Counted from the first letter of the stretch, positions 28,228 through 39,440 are shown. The stretch is DNA of 64,000 nt from an uncultured Pseudomonadota bacterium (GCA_963736005.1 CAVTNB010000001.1:384001-448000); one strand, 5' to 3'. The notes: generated by a model not told the origin, from the sequence alone. Numbers and translations: made by a program.

Positions 28228-30914
28228 TTAGTACGTTGGATGACACTGAAGATCACCGAAGCCGGTGCTTGACCGAAACGTTCCGATCCTTGTGATACCG
28301 CCGGTATCGGTGCCGAATTGGTTCTCGGGCACAAACACGCCGAGACCGATGCGACCATACGTGTCGACCGCTTGATTGAACAGGTTCGAGACGCCCAGGT
28401 TCACTGCCGTGTGCGGCGCCACTTGTTGAGTTATGGCAAGATCCGCGGTCCCAAAAGATGGGCGATCTAGTTCGTTATTGCTGTCGACTTGAGAATAGTC
28501 GAGATATATCTCGCCTCCTTTGATGGATGTAGCGTCCATGTAGACTCCCCACTGTATGGAGAGGGATGCTGGGCAGTTGCGAGCCTGGGATCAGCGTCGG
28601 GTTGCTCATCAACAGTGAAGCCGGAGCATCGAAGAACGTCGTGGATTGCGTGTCCCAGTAGGCATCAAACAAGGTGTGTTCGTTAGCGCGGAAACGCTGG
28701 CTGAGCTCAACCCCCGGGCTCTCGCTGTTGCTAAGTTGAGATTGGAATTAACGAAGAGGTTGTTGATCGTGGGCGGGTTAGAGGACAGATCGACCCACTC
28801 CGTGAGGTGCGCCAGGACCTCATTGATGTAATTGGGGCCACCGAATTCGTTAACAAGGTCAACGTAAGGCCCAGATGCGGGAGCTTGGGCCTCAAAGATC
28901 GTGTTTTTTTCATTGGTGTCGTACCCGTGAACTGGGTTATGGTGTCCCCGACCTCGCGGTGCGCGATGAGATCTCGTTGTCGGTTGATTTCTCGGGGAGC
29001 ACACCCGACGTCGGGAAGCGGTTCCCAAGGAGAACTGCTGGCAGTTGCCTGGCTTGATGCCTCCGCGCTTCCGGTGAACGGGCTGCGATAGGCGGCGGGG
29101 TCTGCTGATGCCGCGCCCGCCGTCAAACGGATGACGTCCGCTGACTCAGGGCGATAGAGAAGTGAGAGGCGAGGATCGAACGACCAGCCGCCAACCAGCG
29201 AATGTTTTTCCCAGGCGTTCAGGAAGAACTAAAGCTGGTTGGATGGCGGTGCATGCGTCGCGAATAAAGTAGCTGTCGAGCTTTTGAAAGAGGGATGCAT
29301 TCGGAAGACCGGGGGAGTGGCGGCGCCACTGATAGTGTTGCGTTAAAGTACTGGCGGTGGGTATAAACGCCGAAGCCGAAGTCGTTGTTGACGCTCGCGA
29401 TATCGTCACTGATGAGGGCGCCAAACGTGTGGTAGATATTCGTCAAGACATTTGTAGGCCCGTTGACGTACGAAAATGGGCGCTCACGATTTTGACTAAA
29501 ATTGTCGATAAAGCCATCGACGACAATCTGGTTCTTACCCACCGTCGTGAGGAGCCGCGCATGATAGTCTTGGTTGCCCAACGCCTGGAAGGCGCCAGGG
29601 CCGCCGCCGGCCGGACCACTCGCTCCTTGCGCGTATTGCTGAGGCGTCAAACAGACGGTGACCTGAGTCCTCCTTCACATCGATGCCTGGCTTGCCTCCG
29701 GTCGTCGTGCAGTTCGAGCTGGTTTCTGCGTTGTAGAGTGCCTTTTGATAACTCACATTGTCGTTGTCACCATTACCAGTCTTGTCGTCCCAATCCGTTG
29801 CCGTATAGCCGGTCAACGTTAGAGACGTGCTCGGTGAGAAGGCGTAGCGCAATTTAGCGAGACCATTGCGAAGCAGGTAATCACCACTAACAAAGTAGGT
29901 GTTGCCTGCGAGGTTGGAGGAAGTGAAGTTGGTACCAGTGAGGCCAGTCTGCGCGATAATTTGGCCAGGGAAATCGCCGTAGGTTCCTGATACGCCATAG
30001 ACGAGCGCGTAACCAATCTTTTCATCGGTGCCAGTGGCCTGCGCGACCAAAGATCTGCTTGCCGTGTTCACCAAAACCATACTCCAGCTGGCCGTGAGAC
30101 TGCTGCGTTGGATTGAGGCGTCTGGAAGTCGACGGACCCTCCCACAGCGTCGACGCCATAGAGACCGGTTGCACCCGAGCCATAGGTGACAAGCGTATTC
30201 TCGATGGCGTAGAGCGGAGAGTCCGCAAAGTTGAATCCGCCCACGCCGCCGCCGATGTCCCCCGGATAGACGCCGAGCGGCCCAATCGGATGGCCGTCGA
30301 GCATGACCTGCGTTTCGCTCGGCTTGAGTCCTCGAATATCGATGCTGATGTCGTCACCCACCGCCGAATCCAAACCGATCAGGTTGACTTCGGGTAGCTT
30401 CCCAAGCGTTTCAGCCATGCGAATTTGATTGGTGCGTTGTGCCAACTGTGGGTCGGCGGCAGCCTGAATGGTGGTCGTCGTCTGCAGTCCACCTCCGCTG
30501 AGAGCTGATGAGGACGCGCCCGATTTGCTTAACGGCGCCCGCGCTTTGCGGACCGTTGCAACACGAGCGTAATGTTTAGCGGACCGCTCGCTCACGGGCA
30601 GCGCATCCGATCGAACCGTGCCGTAGCCCGATGCACGCACGAGCACGACGTACGTGCCCGGACTCACTGCAGGAAACTTGAAATTGCCGAAGTTGTCTGA
30701 GGTCGTCGTCGCGACAACTTCTCCCCTTGTTCGAGATCGATGGTGGCCCCGGCAATCGGCAACGAACCGTCGCGATCGACGACCGTTCCACTCACGGTCG
30801 CGGTGAGCGTTGATGGTTGCGCCGGAGAGTCGGCAAGCACCGGCAAACTCGCCACCGAATCAAAAGAAGAGCCAAGAATGTCCGTGTAATGGACGACCAG
30901 ATAACCGATTGCAT
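28228..30914 (-). pseudogene. TonB-dependent receptor paralog with many frameshifts
   Basis: Fragments IDIRG..ET..MLDGHPIG, YGSG..LYGVDAVGG, WDDKTGNGDND, TPQQYA shared with 32776-35550; AAGGAGG SD at ATG 30914. Confidence 0.8.
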
Positions 30915-30930
30915 TGTAGAGCAGCCTCCT

Positions 30931-31735
30931 TCAGATCCTGAGGATGAATAAGTGTACGTCGGATGCAGTCGCGCCCGTCATCAGGCTGACGGCTGCATCC
31001 ATGGTAGTAGCTCGCGGGTTCGAGCGTCCCCACGCGCCGCCCGTGTCGCAAGACAACGATGCGATTCGCCACCTCGAACACGTGTGGCAAATTGTGACTG
31101 ATAAAAACAACGGCGGTGCCTCGCGCACTGATTTTTGCATGAGCTGGAGCACGAGCGCCGTTTGGGAGACCCCAACGCAGCGGTGGGTTCGTCCATGATG
31201 ATGACGCGCGAGCCCCACAAACACAGTGCGTGCAACGGCGATGGACTGTCGCTGTCCGCCCGAAAGCGTATCGACCCGTTGGTCGATGGAACCAACCTGG
31301 ATGCCGAAGTGGCTGCAAATGTTCCTCGGAGCTCTTGCGCATGGCCACCCGATCGAGGACATCAAACATACCCGCCAGACCCGGTCGCACGATTTCGCGC
31401 GCAAGGAAAAGGTTAGCAGCGATGTCGAGATCCGGGCGCAAGCGCAAGGTCCTGATAGTCGTCTCGATTCCCGCTGCCCGTGCGTCCCTGGGCGTCGCGA
31501 AAGCGACCGGATTTCCGCGCATCAGCAGCGTACCGGATCCGGCGACAGCACGCCGGAGATATCTTCGCGAGGGTCGATTTTCCCGCACCGTTGTCGCCGA
31601 TGAGTGCGACGATCTCGCCCACTAGGCACTTCAAAGTCGACCTCGTTCAAGCGCGCGCACATTACCAAAGCGCTTCGAGATGCCTCGTCGCTTCGAAGAC
31701 TGGATATCGCGCCGTCCTGCCGCTAACACGATCAC
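30931..31735 (-). pseudogene. Sugar ABC transporter ATP-binding protein, frameshifted
   Basis: ISKRFGNVRAL, GDNGAGKST, LSGGQRQ, IIMDEPTAALG, ISHNL distributed over several frames. Confidence 0.82.
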
Positions 31736-32755
31736 GCCATCGCCAATCTTCGGCTTGCGCCAGCGATCGAGATAAACAAAGAGAATCAAGAGCGCGCCCT
31801 CGGCGATGCGTGCTACTTGTGGATCAAAATTCAGTAGGTTGAGCCCGTTGGTCAAGATCTGCACGAGCAGCACGCCGAGAAATGTGCCGAGAATTGAGCC
31901 CCGCGCGCCGAACAGACTCGCGCCACCCAACACCGCCGCCGCAATGGCGTCGAGCTCATAACCCGTGCCCGCGTTGGGGTCGCCTTGCGCTTGCCGGGCG
32001 GTCAACAAAATGCCGGCGATGGCGGCAAGAAATCCTGATATCCCATACACGGTCAGGATCGTCGCACCTACATTGATCCCGGCACGCCGCGCGCTCTCCA
32101 GGTTGCTCCCAACCGCGTACATATAGCGCCCGCGCCGCGTTTGGTGGAGCACGAACGCCGACACAAGGCAGATGCCCAGAAATACCCAAAAAATATTGGG
32201 TACTCCGAAGGTCGAGTTGACCGCAAAGTTGGTGAACGCCGGAGCATTGTACGCCACTTGTTGTCCGTTGCCGGAGATCTGGGTCAGGCCCCGCAGGATC
32301 CCGAGCATGCCCAAGGTGACGATAAATGGTGGCAGCGCCGCAGCGTTGATCAACCCACCGTTGACCAGGCCGACGATCGTTCCCACAGCGAGGACGATCG
32401 CGATGGCGCCCGCGATAGGCAAGCCGTGCGCTAAACTGAGCGCAATGAGGATGCCTCCGAATCCAAGCAGCGACCCAACGGAAAGGTCGATTCCGGCGGT
32501 GATGATGACGAACGTCTCTGCCACCGCCAGAATGCCGACCACCGCCATCTGGCGTGCGTTGTTGTCCAAATTTTGCAGCGTCAAGAATCCGGAAGCGGTG
32601 AACGAAAACACAATGACGAGCAGCGCGATGATGCCCAACAGACCCAGGCGCATGACGAGATCCCAACGCGTACTCGCAGCCTGTCCGCGTGCGGGCATGG
32701 CTGGCGGCGCGTGCTGCGGCCCGGTCATTCTTGCGCTCTCCAAAGTCTGCGACAC
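31631..32755 (-). CDS. Sugar ABC transporter permease (RbsC-type); C-terminus probably extended by a frameshift
   Basis: TFVIITAGIDLSVGS, PPFIVTLGM, GYELDAIAAAVLGGASL.G. Confidence 0.9.
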   Translation of the reverse strand: MSQTLESARMTGPQHAPPAMPARGQAASTRWDLVMRLGLLGIIALLVIVFSFTASGFLTLQNLDNNARQMAVVGILAVAETFVIITAGIDLSVGSLLGFGGILIALSLAHGLPIAGAIAIVLAVGTIVGLVNGGLINAAALPPFIVTLGMLGILRGLTQISGNGQQVAYNAPAFTNFAVNSTFGVPNIFWVFLGICLVSAFVLHQTRRGRYMYAVGSNLESARRAGINVGATILTVYGISGFLAAIAGILLTARQAQGDPNAGTGYELDAIAAAVLGGASLFGARGSILGTFLGVLLVQILTNGLNLLNFDPQVARIAEGALLILFVYLDRWRKPKIGDGVIVLAAGRRDIQSSKRRGISKRFGNVRALERGRL

Positions 32756-32775
32756 GGCCTAACGATACGTTACCT

Positions 32776-35550
32776 TTACTTGATCTTCACGGAATAGTTG
32801 AAATCGATCGTTCGAAGGGGCAAGCCGAAACGCTCCGTCGCCTGCGCCCCGAAGAACGGCTGGTAATCGGTGGGCTGCGCGAAACTGTTGAGGGGCTGCG
32901 GATAACCTTCGCCGATGAGACCACGATAGTCCGCATAATTCTGCCACAGATTGTCAACGTTGGTGGTGAAGGTGCCCTGGCCCACGGGCACGCTGATACT
33001 TAGATCCGAATACGTGTAGGCCGGCAAATCACTGGGATTGTTCTCGGATACATGATAGGTTGTGAGTTGGGCCTCAATGTCGCGCCAAAACGTATAGTCG
33101 AGGGTGTAGGACCATTTGTGCAGCGGAACCGCAGGAATCTGCGAGTTGGGGATGAGGATGAGGCTGCCTCCGAAATTGGGGTTGATGAGTGCTGGGTCGC
33201 TGGATTTGAGTTCGGTGGATTCAGTCGCGTACGTGTAGTCGATAAAGAACGGACGGGTTATTCTGACCCTGCCGGTAAGGTCGATGCCGCGCGCAAGTGT
33301 ATGGCCGATGTTGACCGCACCGTTGACCCCGATGAGCGTCAACGCTTGCGCCGCTGAGATACCGCACACGTTTTTGACCGCGTTGACGTAAGGTGTCGGG
33401 TCAAAGGGAACGGTCAGCACCGAAAGCGGCAGGTTGAGATTTTCATAAATTTGTTCGAAGATGTTTTGATTATAGATCGTCAACTGGGCCGTAGTATCGC
33501 CGGCGAAACGGTGCCCGATGCTAAACTCTTGGTCAACACCTTGTTCGGGTTTTAACAATGATGACGGGACGCTGCCCACCGCGTTCGAGAGGTTACCAGA
33601 ACACGAGACATGCCCAAGGAACGTTCCGACCGCCGACGGGATAAACGACGATTCGACATCGGCGGGGAACGGCTCGGTCGACGTCTCTCCGCCGGCCAGA
33701 CGGAACACGTTGTTTCCTTGTGCGTACACAAAGGCTAGACGAGGGTCGACGAACGACGAGTGCGTGATGGTGGCATTCTTGAACCAGATATTGCCGTAGG
33801 TCGTGAGATGAGAGTTGATCGGGTGCCAGGCGTCGCGCAGGAAATAAGAGGTCTCGTGAACGACAGGAGCCGGTTGTTGGGCCCCATTTTGTTGAAAATA
33901 GTAGGCCGAGTTCTCCCAGAAGTAGCCGAACCCGAACTCGTTGTTTTTTCCAAGAAGATCATCGGACAGCGTTACGCCCGTGTTGCTTGCCTGCTCGAAC
34001 GTCCAAGCAGCATTGTCCGTGGGGACGGCTGTGAACGGAAGCTGAGCCGTGCGGTCGGTAGAGTCTCTGTACGTGTTCGTGAAACTGTTGATCGTGAACG
34101 TGCTCGCGCCGACAGTCTGCTCGTAGCGTAGACCATAGTCATTGGCACGAAGCGCTTGCCACGAGGTGCCCGCGCCCTGCCAGCCGTCGTTGAGATTTGC
34201 ATATTGTTGCGGCGTGACGCACACGGGTGGAGTGCCCGGCGGTGGCGTTGGCACATCGGGCTGGCCGTTGGGGCCGGTACCCGGCGTGCTTCCATTGGCA
34301 TTCGTGCCAGGCTGAAACTTCTTTTTGTTGATAGTATTGCAGGGGTCTGTGCCGGATGCCGCGGCGGCCGCCAGTTGATTCTGTCCGCTCGCAAGGGCAA
34401 CTTCGTACGGCAAGTAATCGTTGTCGCCGTTCCCGGTCTTGTCATCCCACCACGCGCTGCTGAGCCACGTGAACGTCAGATGCGACGCGTCGCTGAAGTT
34501 CATTTGCCCCTTCAAGAGCGTACTCTTCAACGTCAGCGAACTGTCATCCGGATAGTATCCGAGCGCCCGAACCGCGGGATCAGTCGCATACGGATCGAAC
34601 GCGGCCGACGCTTGGTACATGTAATCGTGCTTGAAGAAGCCTTCCTGGCCTTGCGTTCCAAGAGCCAAAGCGTAGCCGAACTTGCCCCCTTGCGTCGAGC
34701 CCGTGGCCGTGATGGCACTGCTCAGGTTGTCCCACGTGCCATAGCCTTGCGTGAATGTCGCGGTCGGATGCAGCGTGGGGTTGAGCGTCTGCATGTCGAC
34801 GACGCCACCGATGGCGTCGACGCCGTAAAGGTCCGAACCCGAGCCGTACAGCACCTTGACATCCTCGAGCCCGAACACCGGCGATAGTTGAAACTGGTAG
34901 GCGCCGCTGAAACCTGGTCCTATGGGGTTGCCATCGATCAGGGTCGTCGTCTCCAATTCCCCAATGCCTCTGATGTCAATGGTTTGCGAGTCCCCTGCCG
35001 TCGCGCCGTCGGATCCCCCGTTCACGATCCCCGGCAGTTTTCGTAGCGCGTCTCCGGCTTTGTAGATGCCTTGGCTCGATAGAGATTGAGCCGAAAGCGA
35101 TGTTGAGATGACAGCCGCGGTCTGCAGCGAAGCGGAACCGTGTATCGTCGTCCGCCCTAGCAGTTTGACTCCCGACGTCACGCCCTGCGAACGAGCGAGC
35201 ACGAGCGTCACGTTTTGGATCTGTCCGCTCGCAAGCGGAAATCGATCCGAAGCCGTGGTCACGTATCCGGTCAAACTGATGATGAGCTCGTACGATCCCG
35301 GCAACAAGTTCTCAAGAGTGAAATTCCCATGCGTGTCGGTAAGCGTCTTCGCCATCGTCGGCCCATCGGCCACGACCCTCACCCCGAGAAGTGGCAAGCC
35401 GCTGCCACCTTCGATAACTTGGCCGCTGATCGAAGCCGTGTCGGTCGTTGCCGCGCCGGCGGCCGCGGAAAATGTCAGAATGCAAAGCACCAAGCTGGAG
35501 ATGAAGAAGACGTTTATCAGAAAAGTGGAATGGCATCGTCGCATCTTCAC
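32776..35550 (-). CDS. TonB-dependent receptor with N-terminal carboxypeptidase-regulatory-like domain
   Basis: Signal peptide; plug motif DALRKLPGI...IDIRG...IDGNP, YGVDAIGGVV, LKPEQG; barrel-like C-terminus. Confidence 0.88.
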   Translation of the reverse strand: MKMRRCHSTFLINVFFISSLVLCILTFSAAAGAATTDTASISGQVIEGGSGLPLLGVRVVADGPTMAKTLTDTHGNFTLENLLPGSYELIISLTGYVTTASDRFPLASGQIQNVTLVLARSQGVTSGVKLLGRTTIHGSASLQTAAVISTSLSAQSLSSQGIYKAGDALRKLPGIVNGGSDGATAGDSQTIDIRGIGELETTTLIDGNPIGPGFSGAYQFQLSPVFGLEDVKVLYGSGSDLYGVDAIGGVVDMQTLNPTLHPTATFTQGYGTWDNLSSAITATGSTQGGKFGYALALGTQGQEGFFKHDYMYQASAAFDPYATDPAVRALGYYPDDSSLTLKSTLLKGQMNFSDASHLTFTWLSSAWWDDKTGNGDNDYLPYEVALASGQNQLAAAAASGTDPCNTINKKKFQPGTNANGSTPGTGPNGQPDVPTPPPGTPPVCVTPQQYANLNDGWQGAGTSWQALRANDYGLRYEQTVGASTFTINSFTNTYRDSTDRTAQLPFTAVPTDNAAWTFEQASNTGVTLSDDLLGKNNEFGFGYFWENSAYYFQQNGAQQPAPVVHETSYFLRDAWHPINSHLTTYGNIWFKNATITHSSFVDPRLAFVYAQGNNVFRLAGGETSTEPFPADVESSFIPSAVGTFLGHVSCSGNLSNAVGSVPSSLLKPEQGVDQEFSIGHRFAGDTTAQLTIYNQNIFEQIYENLNLPLSVLTVPFDPTPYVNAVKNVCGISAAQALTLIGVNGAVNIGHTLARGIDLTGRVRITRPFFIDYTYATESTELKSSDPALINPNFGGSLILIPNSQIPAVPLHKWSYTLDYTFWRDIEAQLTTYHVSENNPSDLPAYTYSDLSISVPVGQGTFTTNVDNLWQNYADYRGLIGEGYPQPLNSFAQPTDYQPFFGAQATERFGLPLRTIDFNYSVKIK

Positions 35551-35590
35551 ACTTGCCTCCTCGCCCAGCGAGAAATCCCGTGCGACTGAC

Positions 35591-36658
35591 TCATTGCGTT
35601 GCGTGGAGCCCCACGCGATGCTTGTTGATGGGGTCTAAGAGCCCCTGAATATCCGGCGAATTCACGTTAGCCGGCGTGGCTGCCGTGACGCCGGTGTTGA
35701 TAAATCTTGGCGTGCTTATGCCGGCTGCGGCGAGGACACCATAGGCCACGCCGCCATAGCCCATTTGAAATGGATCCTGCAAGATGATGCCATCGACGAC
35801 ACCTGCTCGCAGCTCGCCGACAAGTTGCGGTGATGGGTCGAAGCCAACCAGTGAGACCTTGGTCGACTCTACGTGGTTCTCACGAAACGCCGTGACTGCG
35901 CCTTGAAGGGTCACGAGAGAATCGGCAAAGTAGCCGGCCAACTTGGGAAAGCGTGTCAAGGTGTCGGCGACGATGCCGATCGGCTTGACTGATTGATCGC
36001 CTGCTGCGTCTTTGTGCGCGACGAGTTGAAGTCCGGGATATTTCTTGAGGCCTTCCAAGAAACCCGAATCGCGGAGCGTCAGCGATCCAACGCCGCTCAA
36101 GAAGGTCGAATACGCGACCTGGCCCGCGGCGGTGCCAGTTTTCCGCTTGATCGCGGCGGCGAGAGTGTCTGCTGCCAAGAGTCCACCGGCGTGATTGTCA
36201 GTAGCCAGAAAGGTTGTGTAGGCATTCGTATTGGCCGCCGAGTCAATGAGGATCACCTTGATGCCGGCCGCCGTAACCTTTTCGATTGTGGCATCCAACG
36301 CGGTGACACTTGTCGGGGCGAGGACGAGAAAGTCCGGCTTCTTTGCCAAGGCGTCTTCGACGAGGGCAATCTGCCCTTGAATATTGGCCTCCGAATTTGC
36401 GCCTGTAAACTGCAATCCGCGCAGGCCAAGCTGTCCGTTTGCGAGGTGTCCCCCCGCGAGGACAGTCTGCCAATAATCCGAGTTTGGCGTCTTTACAATG
36501 AAGAGAAAGCGCAATGCGCCGAGGGAAGACGTCTTCGTTGGGGTCGAACATCCGGGCAAACTCAAACTGCCCGCGGCACTTACCGCAAGGCCAGCAAGGG
36601 CTCCGGTTGCTAAGAGCTTTCGGCGACTTATCCTAGATCGGTTTTGGAAACCCGCCAC
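35591..36658 (-). CDS. Sugar ABC substrate-binding protein, Tat lipoprotein
   Basis: SRRKLL Tat motif, LPGC lipobox, ATDNHAGG, VGFD, QDPFQMGY. Confidence 0.9.
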   Translation of the reverse strand: MAGFQNRSRISRRKLLATGALAGLAVSAAGSLSLPGCSTPTKTSSLGALRFLFIVKTPNSDYWQTVLAGGHLANGQLGLRGLQFTGANSEANIQGQIALVEDALAKKPDFLVLAPTSVTALDATIEKVTAAGIKVILIDSAANTNAYTTFLATDNHAGGLLAADTLAAAIKRKTGTAAGQVAYSTFLSGVGSLTLRDSGFLEGLKKYPGLQLVAHKDAAGDQSVKPIGIVADTLTRFPKLAGYFADSLVTLQGAVTAFRENHVESTKVSLVGFDPSPQLVGELRAGVVDGIILQDPFQMGYGGVAYGVLAAAGISTPRFINTGVTAATPANVNSPDIQGLLDPINKHRVGLHATQ

Positions 36659-36791
36659 GCGATGTCACCGCCGGTTTCGTTTCACAAAGAGAGGATGCAC
36701 GAACCCTGAGAGAGCATCATTGCAAGGTTGCCAATACTATTGCAGAATGCGCACTACCTGCATCTGCAATCTCAGCAACTTAGGTGATATC

Positions 36792-36806
36792 TTGCGCATA
36801 GCGCAA
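36792..36806. promoter_or_regulatory. 15-bp palindrome, candidate IclR operator
   Basis: TTGCGC-ATA-GCGCAA in the divergent promoter; degenerate second copy TTGCAGAATGCGCAC near 36740. Confidence 0.55.
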
Positions 36807-36815
36807 AACAACTAA

Positions 36816-37628
36816 ATGGCTGTTCGAACGAGAAGCAATGGGAGACTCATAAACTCCCTTTCGCGCGGCGTCGACATCTTGCGCATGCTCGCGCAAGCGC
36901 AAGCCCCACTGGGCGTCACTGACCTGGGCGAACGCCTGCACGTGGATCCAAGCACCGCATACCGACTCCTCGCAACGTTGGAGGCCCAGGGACTCGTCAA
37001 GCAAGAGCTCGATTCGAGGAAATACTCAGTCGGGTACGGAGTACTCGAATTTGCAAACGCTTTGCTGCGCCGGATGAGTGTCGTCGCGCTTGCCGATCCA
37101 TTTCTTGTTTCGATCACGGCTGATACCGGAGAGAGCACTCACGTAGCGGTGCTCGAGGGCGCGAGAGCGGTTTTTGTGGCGCGTCAGTCAGGCGCCGGAA
37201 TTTTGAGAGTCGAAACGACGGTTGGCAGTTCGGAGCCGGCTTACTGCACAGCGGTCGGCAAAGCGCTGCTCATCGATCACCCCGACGCCGACCTCCAGAC
37301 GCTTTTTCCAAAGGAATCCCTAACGCGTCATACCCCGCAGACAATCACGACCATTGAAGATCTCACTGCGGAACTCGAGCGGATTCGGCGCAACGGCTAC
37401 GCGTACGACGACGAAGAATTGCATCCGGGGGTGCGTTGTCTCGCTTTTCCCATTCGAGATCATCGCGGGCGCGTTACCGCGTCCTTTGGCCTCTCCGCCC
37501 CCGCAGCGCGTCTCACGCGCGAGCACCTACCAACGCTCGTGAAGGTGGTCAGCGCTGCCGCGGACAGCATTTCATTTCAACTCGGCTACCGCACAGAACA
37601 GGTTCCAAAGACGTCTAGAGGCAGGTAA
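36816..37628 (+). CDS. IclR-family transcriptional regulator
   Basis: SLSRGVDIL, STAYRLLATL, YCTAVGKALL, GYAYDDEE. Confidence 0.95.
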   Translation: MAVRTRSNGRLINSLSRGVDILRMLAQAQAPLGVTDLGERLHVDPSTAYRLLATLEAQGLVKQELDSRKYSVGYGVLEFANALLRRMSVVALADPFLVSITADTGESTHVAVLEGARAVFVARQSGAGILRVETTVGSSEPAYCTAVGKALLIDHPDADLQTLFPKESLTRHTPQTITTIEDLTAELERIRRNGYAYDDEELHPGVRCLAFPIRDHRGRVTASFGLSAPAARLTREHLPTLVKVVSAAADSISFQLGYRTEQVPKTSRGR

Positions 37629-37631
37629 GTC

Positions 37632-39440
37632 ATGCGCATGACCGGTGGACAAATTGTCGCAGAGTACCTGATCCGCGAGGGAATGCCGTATCTTTTCGGC
37701 GTCCCTGGGCACGGCAACACCGCACTGCTTGACGCCTTCGTGGACCATCGCGACAAAATCACGGTGATGCAGGCAATCCACGAACAAGGCGCCGCTCACA
37801 TGGCTGACGCCTACTATCGAGTCGCCCGCCGGGCATGCGGCGTGTTTACCTCGATTGGACCTGGCGCTGCGAACACAGCCATGGGCGTGGCGAACGCGTA
37901 CATTGACTCCATCCCTCTTCTTCTCTTGACGGGTTCGGTGCATACCTACATGCGCGGCCGCGGTGTCTTGCAGGAACTCGAGCGCACGCACTGGGCTAAC
38001 TTTGCTCGTATGATGGAGCCCGTCGTCAAACGTTGGTGGCAACCGAGCCGCGTTGACCAATTACCCAACGTGCTCCATTTGGCGTTCAACGTGATGCTCG
38101 AAGGTCGGCGAGGCCCCGCGTACATCGACCTGCCGATGGACGTCCAAGCCGAGGCTGCCGAAATCGAATCGCTTCCAGAGCCGCGCGCGCGCCGGCCGAG
38201 TGGGCGCGTTCACGGCGACCCTGAACTCATCGATCGCGCCGCAAAGCTCTTGCTCGAAGCCAAACGTCCGCTGCTGATCGTTGGCGGCGGCGCTATTGCC
38301 TCTCAAGCAGAATCTGAGGTAGCCGCCGTTGCGGAATTCCTCGGTGCGCCTGTGACCGTCACGTGGATGGGCAAAGGCGTCATCCCAGAGGATCATCCGT
38401 TGTATGCATGGCCATGCGGCGATCTCGGCTCGATTTCGGGGAACACCTTGGCGCGCGAAGCCGACGTTATCTTGAGCGTTGGGTGCCGCTTCACCGATCG
38501 CAGCGCTTCCTCGTTCCGCCGAGACGTCACGTTTAACATTCCCCCCACAAAACTCGTCCACATCGACCTCGATCCCTACGAGATTGGCAAGAATTATCCG
38601 GTTGAGATCGGCATCGTCGGCGACGCCAAGGCAACGCTTGCCGGACTTTTAAGTTCGCTGCATGACTACGCCAAGCCAAATGATTATCGAAATTCAAAAT
38701 ACTTTGCGCACCTGACCGAACTGAAGCGCGCGTGGGATGAGGCGTTGCGGCCCATGCGGGAGAGCAATAACTCGCCAATGACGATTTCGCGAGCGCTCGC
38801 CGAGACTCGTCGCGTCCTTGACCGCGACGCCATCGTTGTCACCGGTGCGGGCAATCCTCAAAGCCAGGTATTCACAGAGTTTCCGGTCTACGGTTCCGCG
38901 CAGCATATCACCGCCGGCGGCTTCTCGGCAATGGGATTTGAAGTGCCAGGGGCCATCGGTGCGAAACTGGCCGCACCAAATCGTCAGGTCGTGGCGATCG
39001 TCGGCGACGGCAGCTTCTTGCAGACGATTCAAGAGCTCTCGATGGCCGCTCAATACGATATTCCGGCCGTCTTCCTCGTCATGAATAACTTCGGGTGGGA
39101 GTGCATCAAGAATCTGCAAATGACGCAGTTCGGACCAGATCGCGTCCTCGCAACAAATTTCAAAAAACGCGATGGCACGCCGTTCTCCGCAAACCTCGCC
39201 AAAGTTGCCGAGGGCTTTGGCTGCTTCGGCGAACGCGTGGAGCAACCGGAGCAGCTTGCCCCAGCGTTGAAACGCGCGCTCGCGTCAGGTCGCCCCGCGG
39301 TGGTCGAGGCGTTGTGTAGCCGGGAACTCCCGTATAGCGGGCTGACGACCACCGGTTGGTGGGACGTCACCGTGCCTGCATATCACAAGGACAAACGCGC
39401 CGCCTACGAAGCTGCCCGATCGGAAGAGGCACTCACCTAA
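37632..39440 (+). CDS. ThDP-dependent enzyme, IolD-like / acetolactate-synthase superfamily
   Basis: FGVPGHGN, HEQGAAHMA, TSIGPGAAN, GDGSF...NN ThDP motif; iol context. Confidence 0.8.
   Translation: MRMTGGQIVAEYLIREGMPYLFGVPGHGNTALLDAFVDHRDKITVMQAIHEQGAAHMADAYYRVARRACGVFTSIGPGAANTAMGVANAYIDSIPLLLLTGSVHTYMRGRGVLQELERTHWANFARMMEPVVKRWWQPSRVDQLPNVLHLAFNVMLEGRRGPAYIDLPMDVQAEAAEIESLPEPRARRPSGRVHGDPELIDRAAKLLLEAKRPLLIVGGGAIASQAESEVAAVAEFLGAPVTVTWMGKGVIPEDHPLYAWPCGDLGSISGNTLAREADVILSVGCRFTDRSASSFRRDVTFNIPPTKLVHIDLDPYEIGKNYPVEIGIVGDAKATLAGLLSSLHDYAKPNDYRNSKYFAHLTELKRAWDEALRPMRESNNSPMTISRALAETRRVLDRDAIVVTGAGNPQSQVFTEFPVYGSAQHITAGGFSAMGFEVPGAIGAKLAAPNRQVVAIVGDGSFLQTIQELSMAAQYDIPAVFLVMNNFGWECIKNLQMTQFGPDRVLATNFKKRDGTPFSANLAKVAEGFGCFGERVEQPEQLAPALKRALASGRPAVVEALCSRELPYSGLTTTGWWDVTVPAYHKDKRAAYEAARSEEALT

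Noticed and set aside
30860..31588. 242-aa ORF as a novel protein
   Set aside because: A mosaic of frames from the frameshifted ABC ATPase
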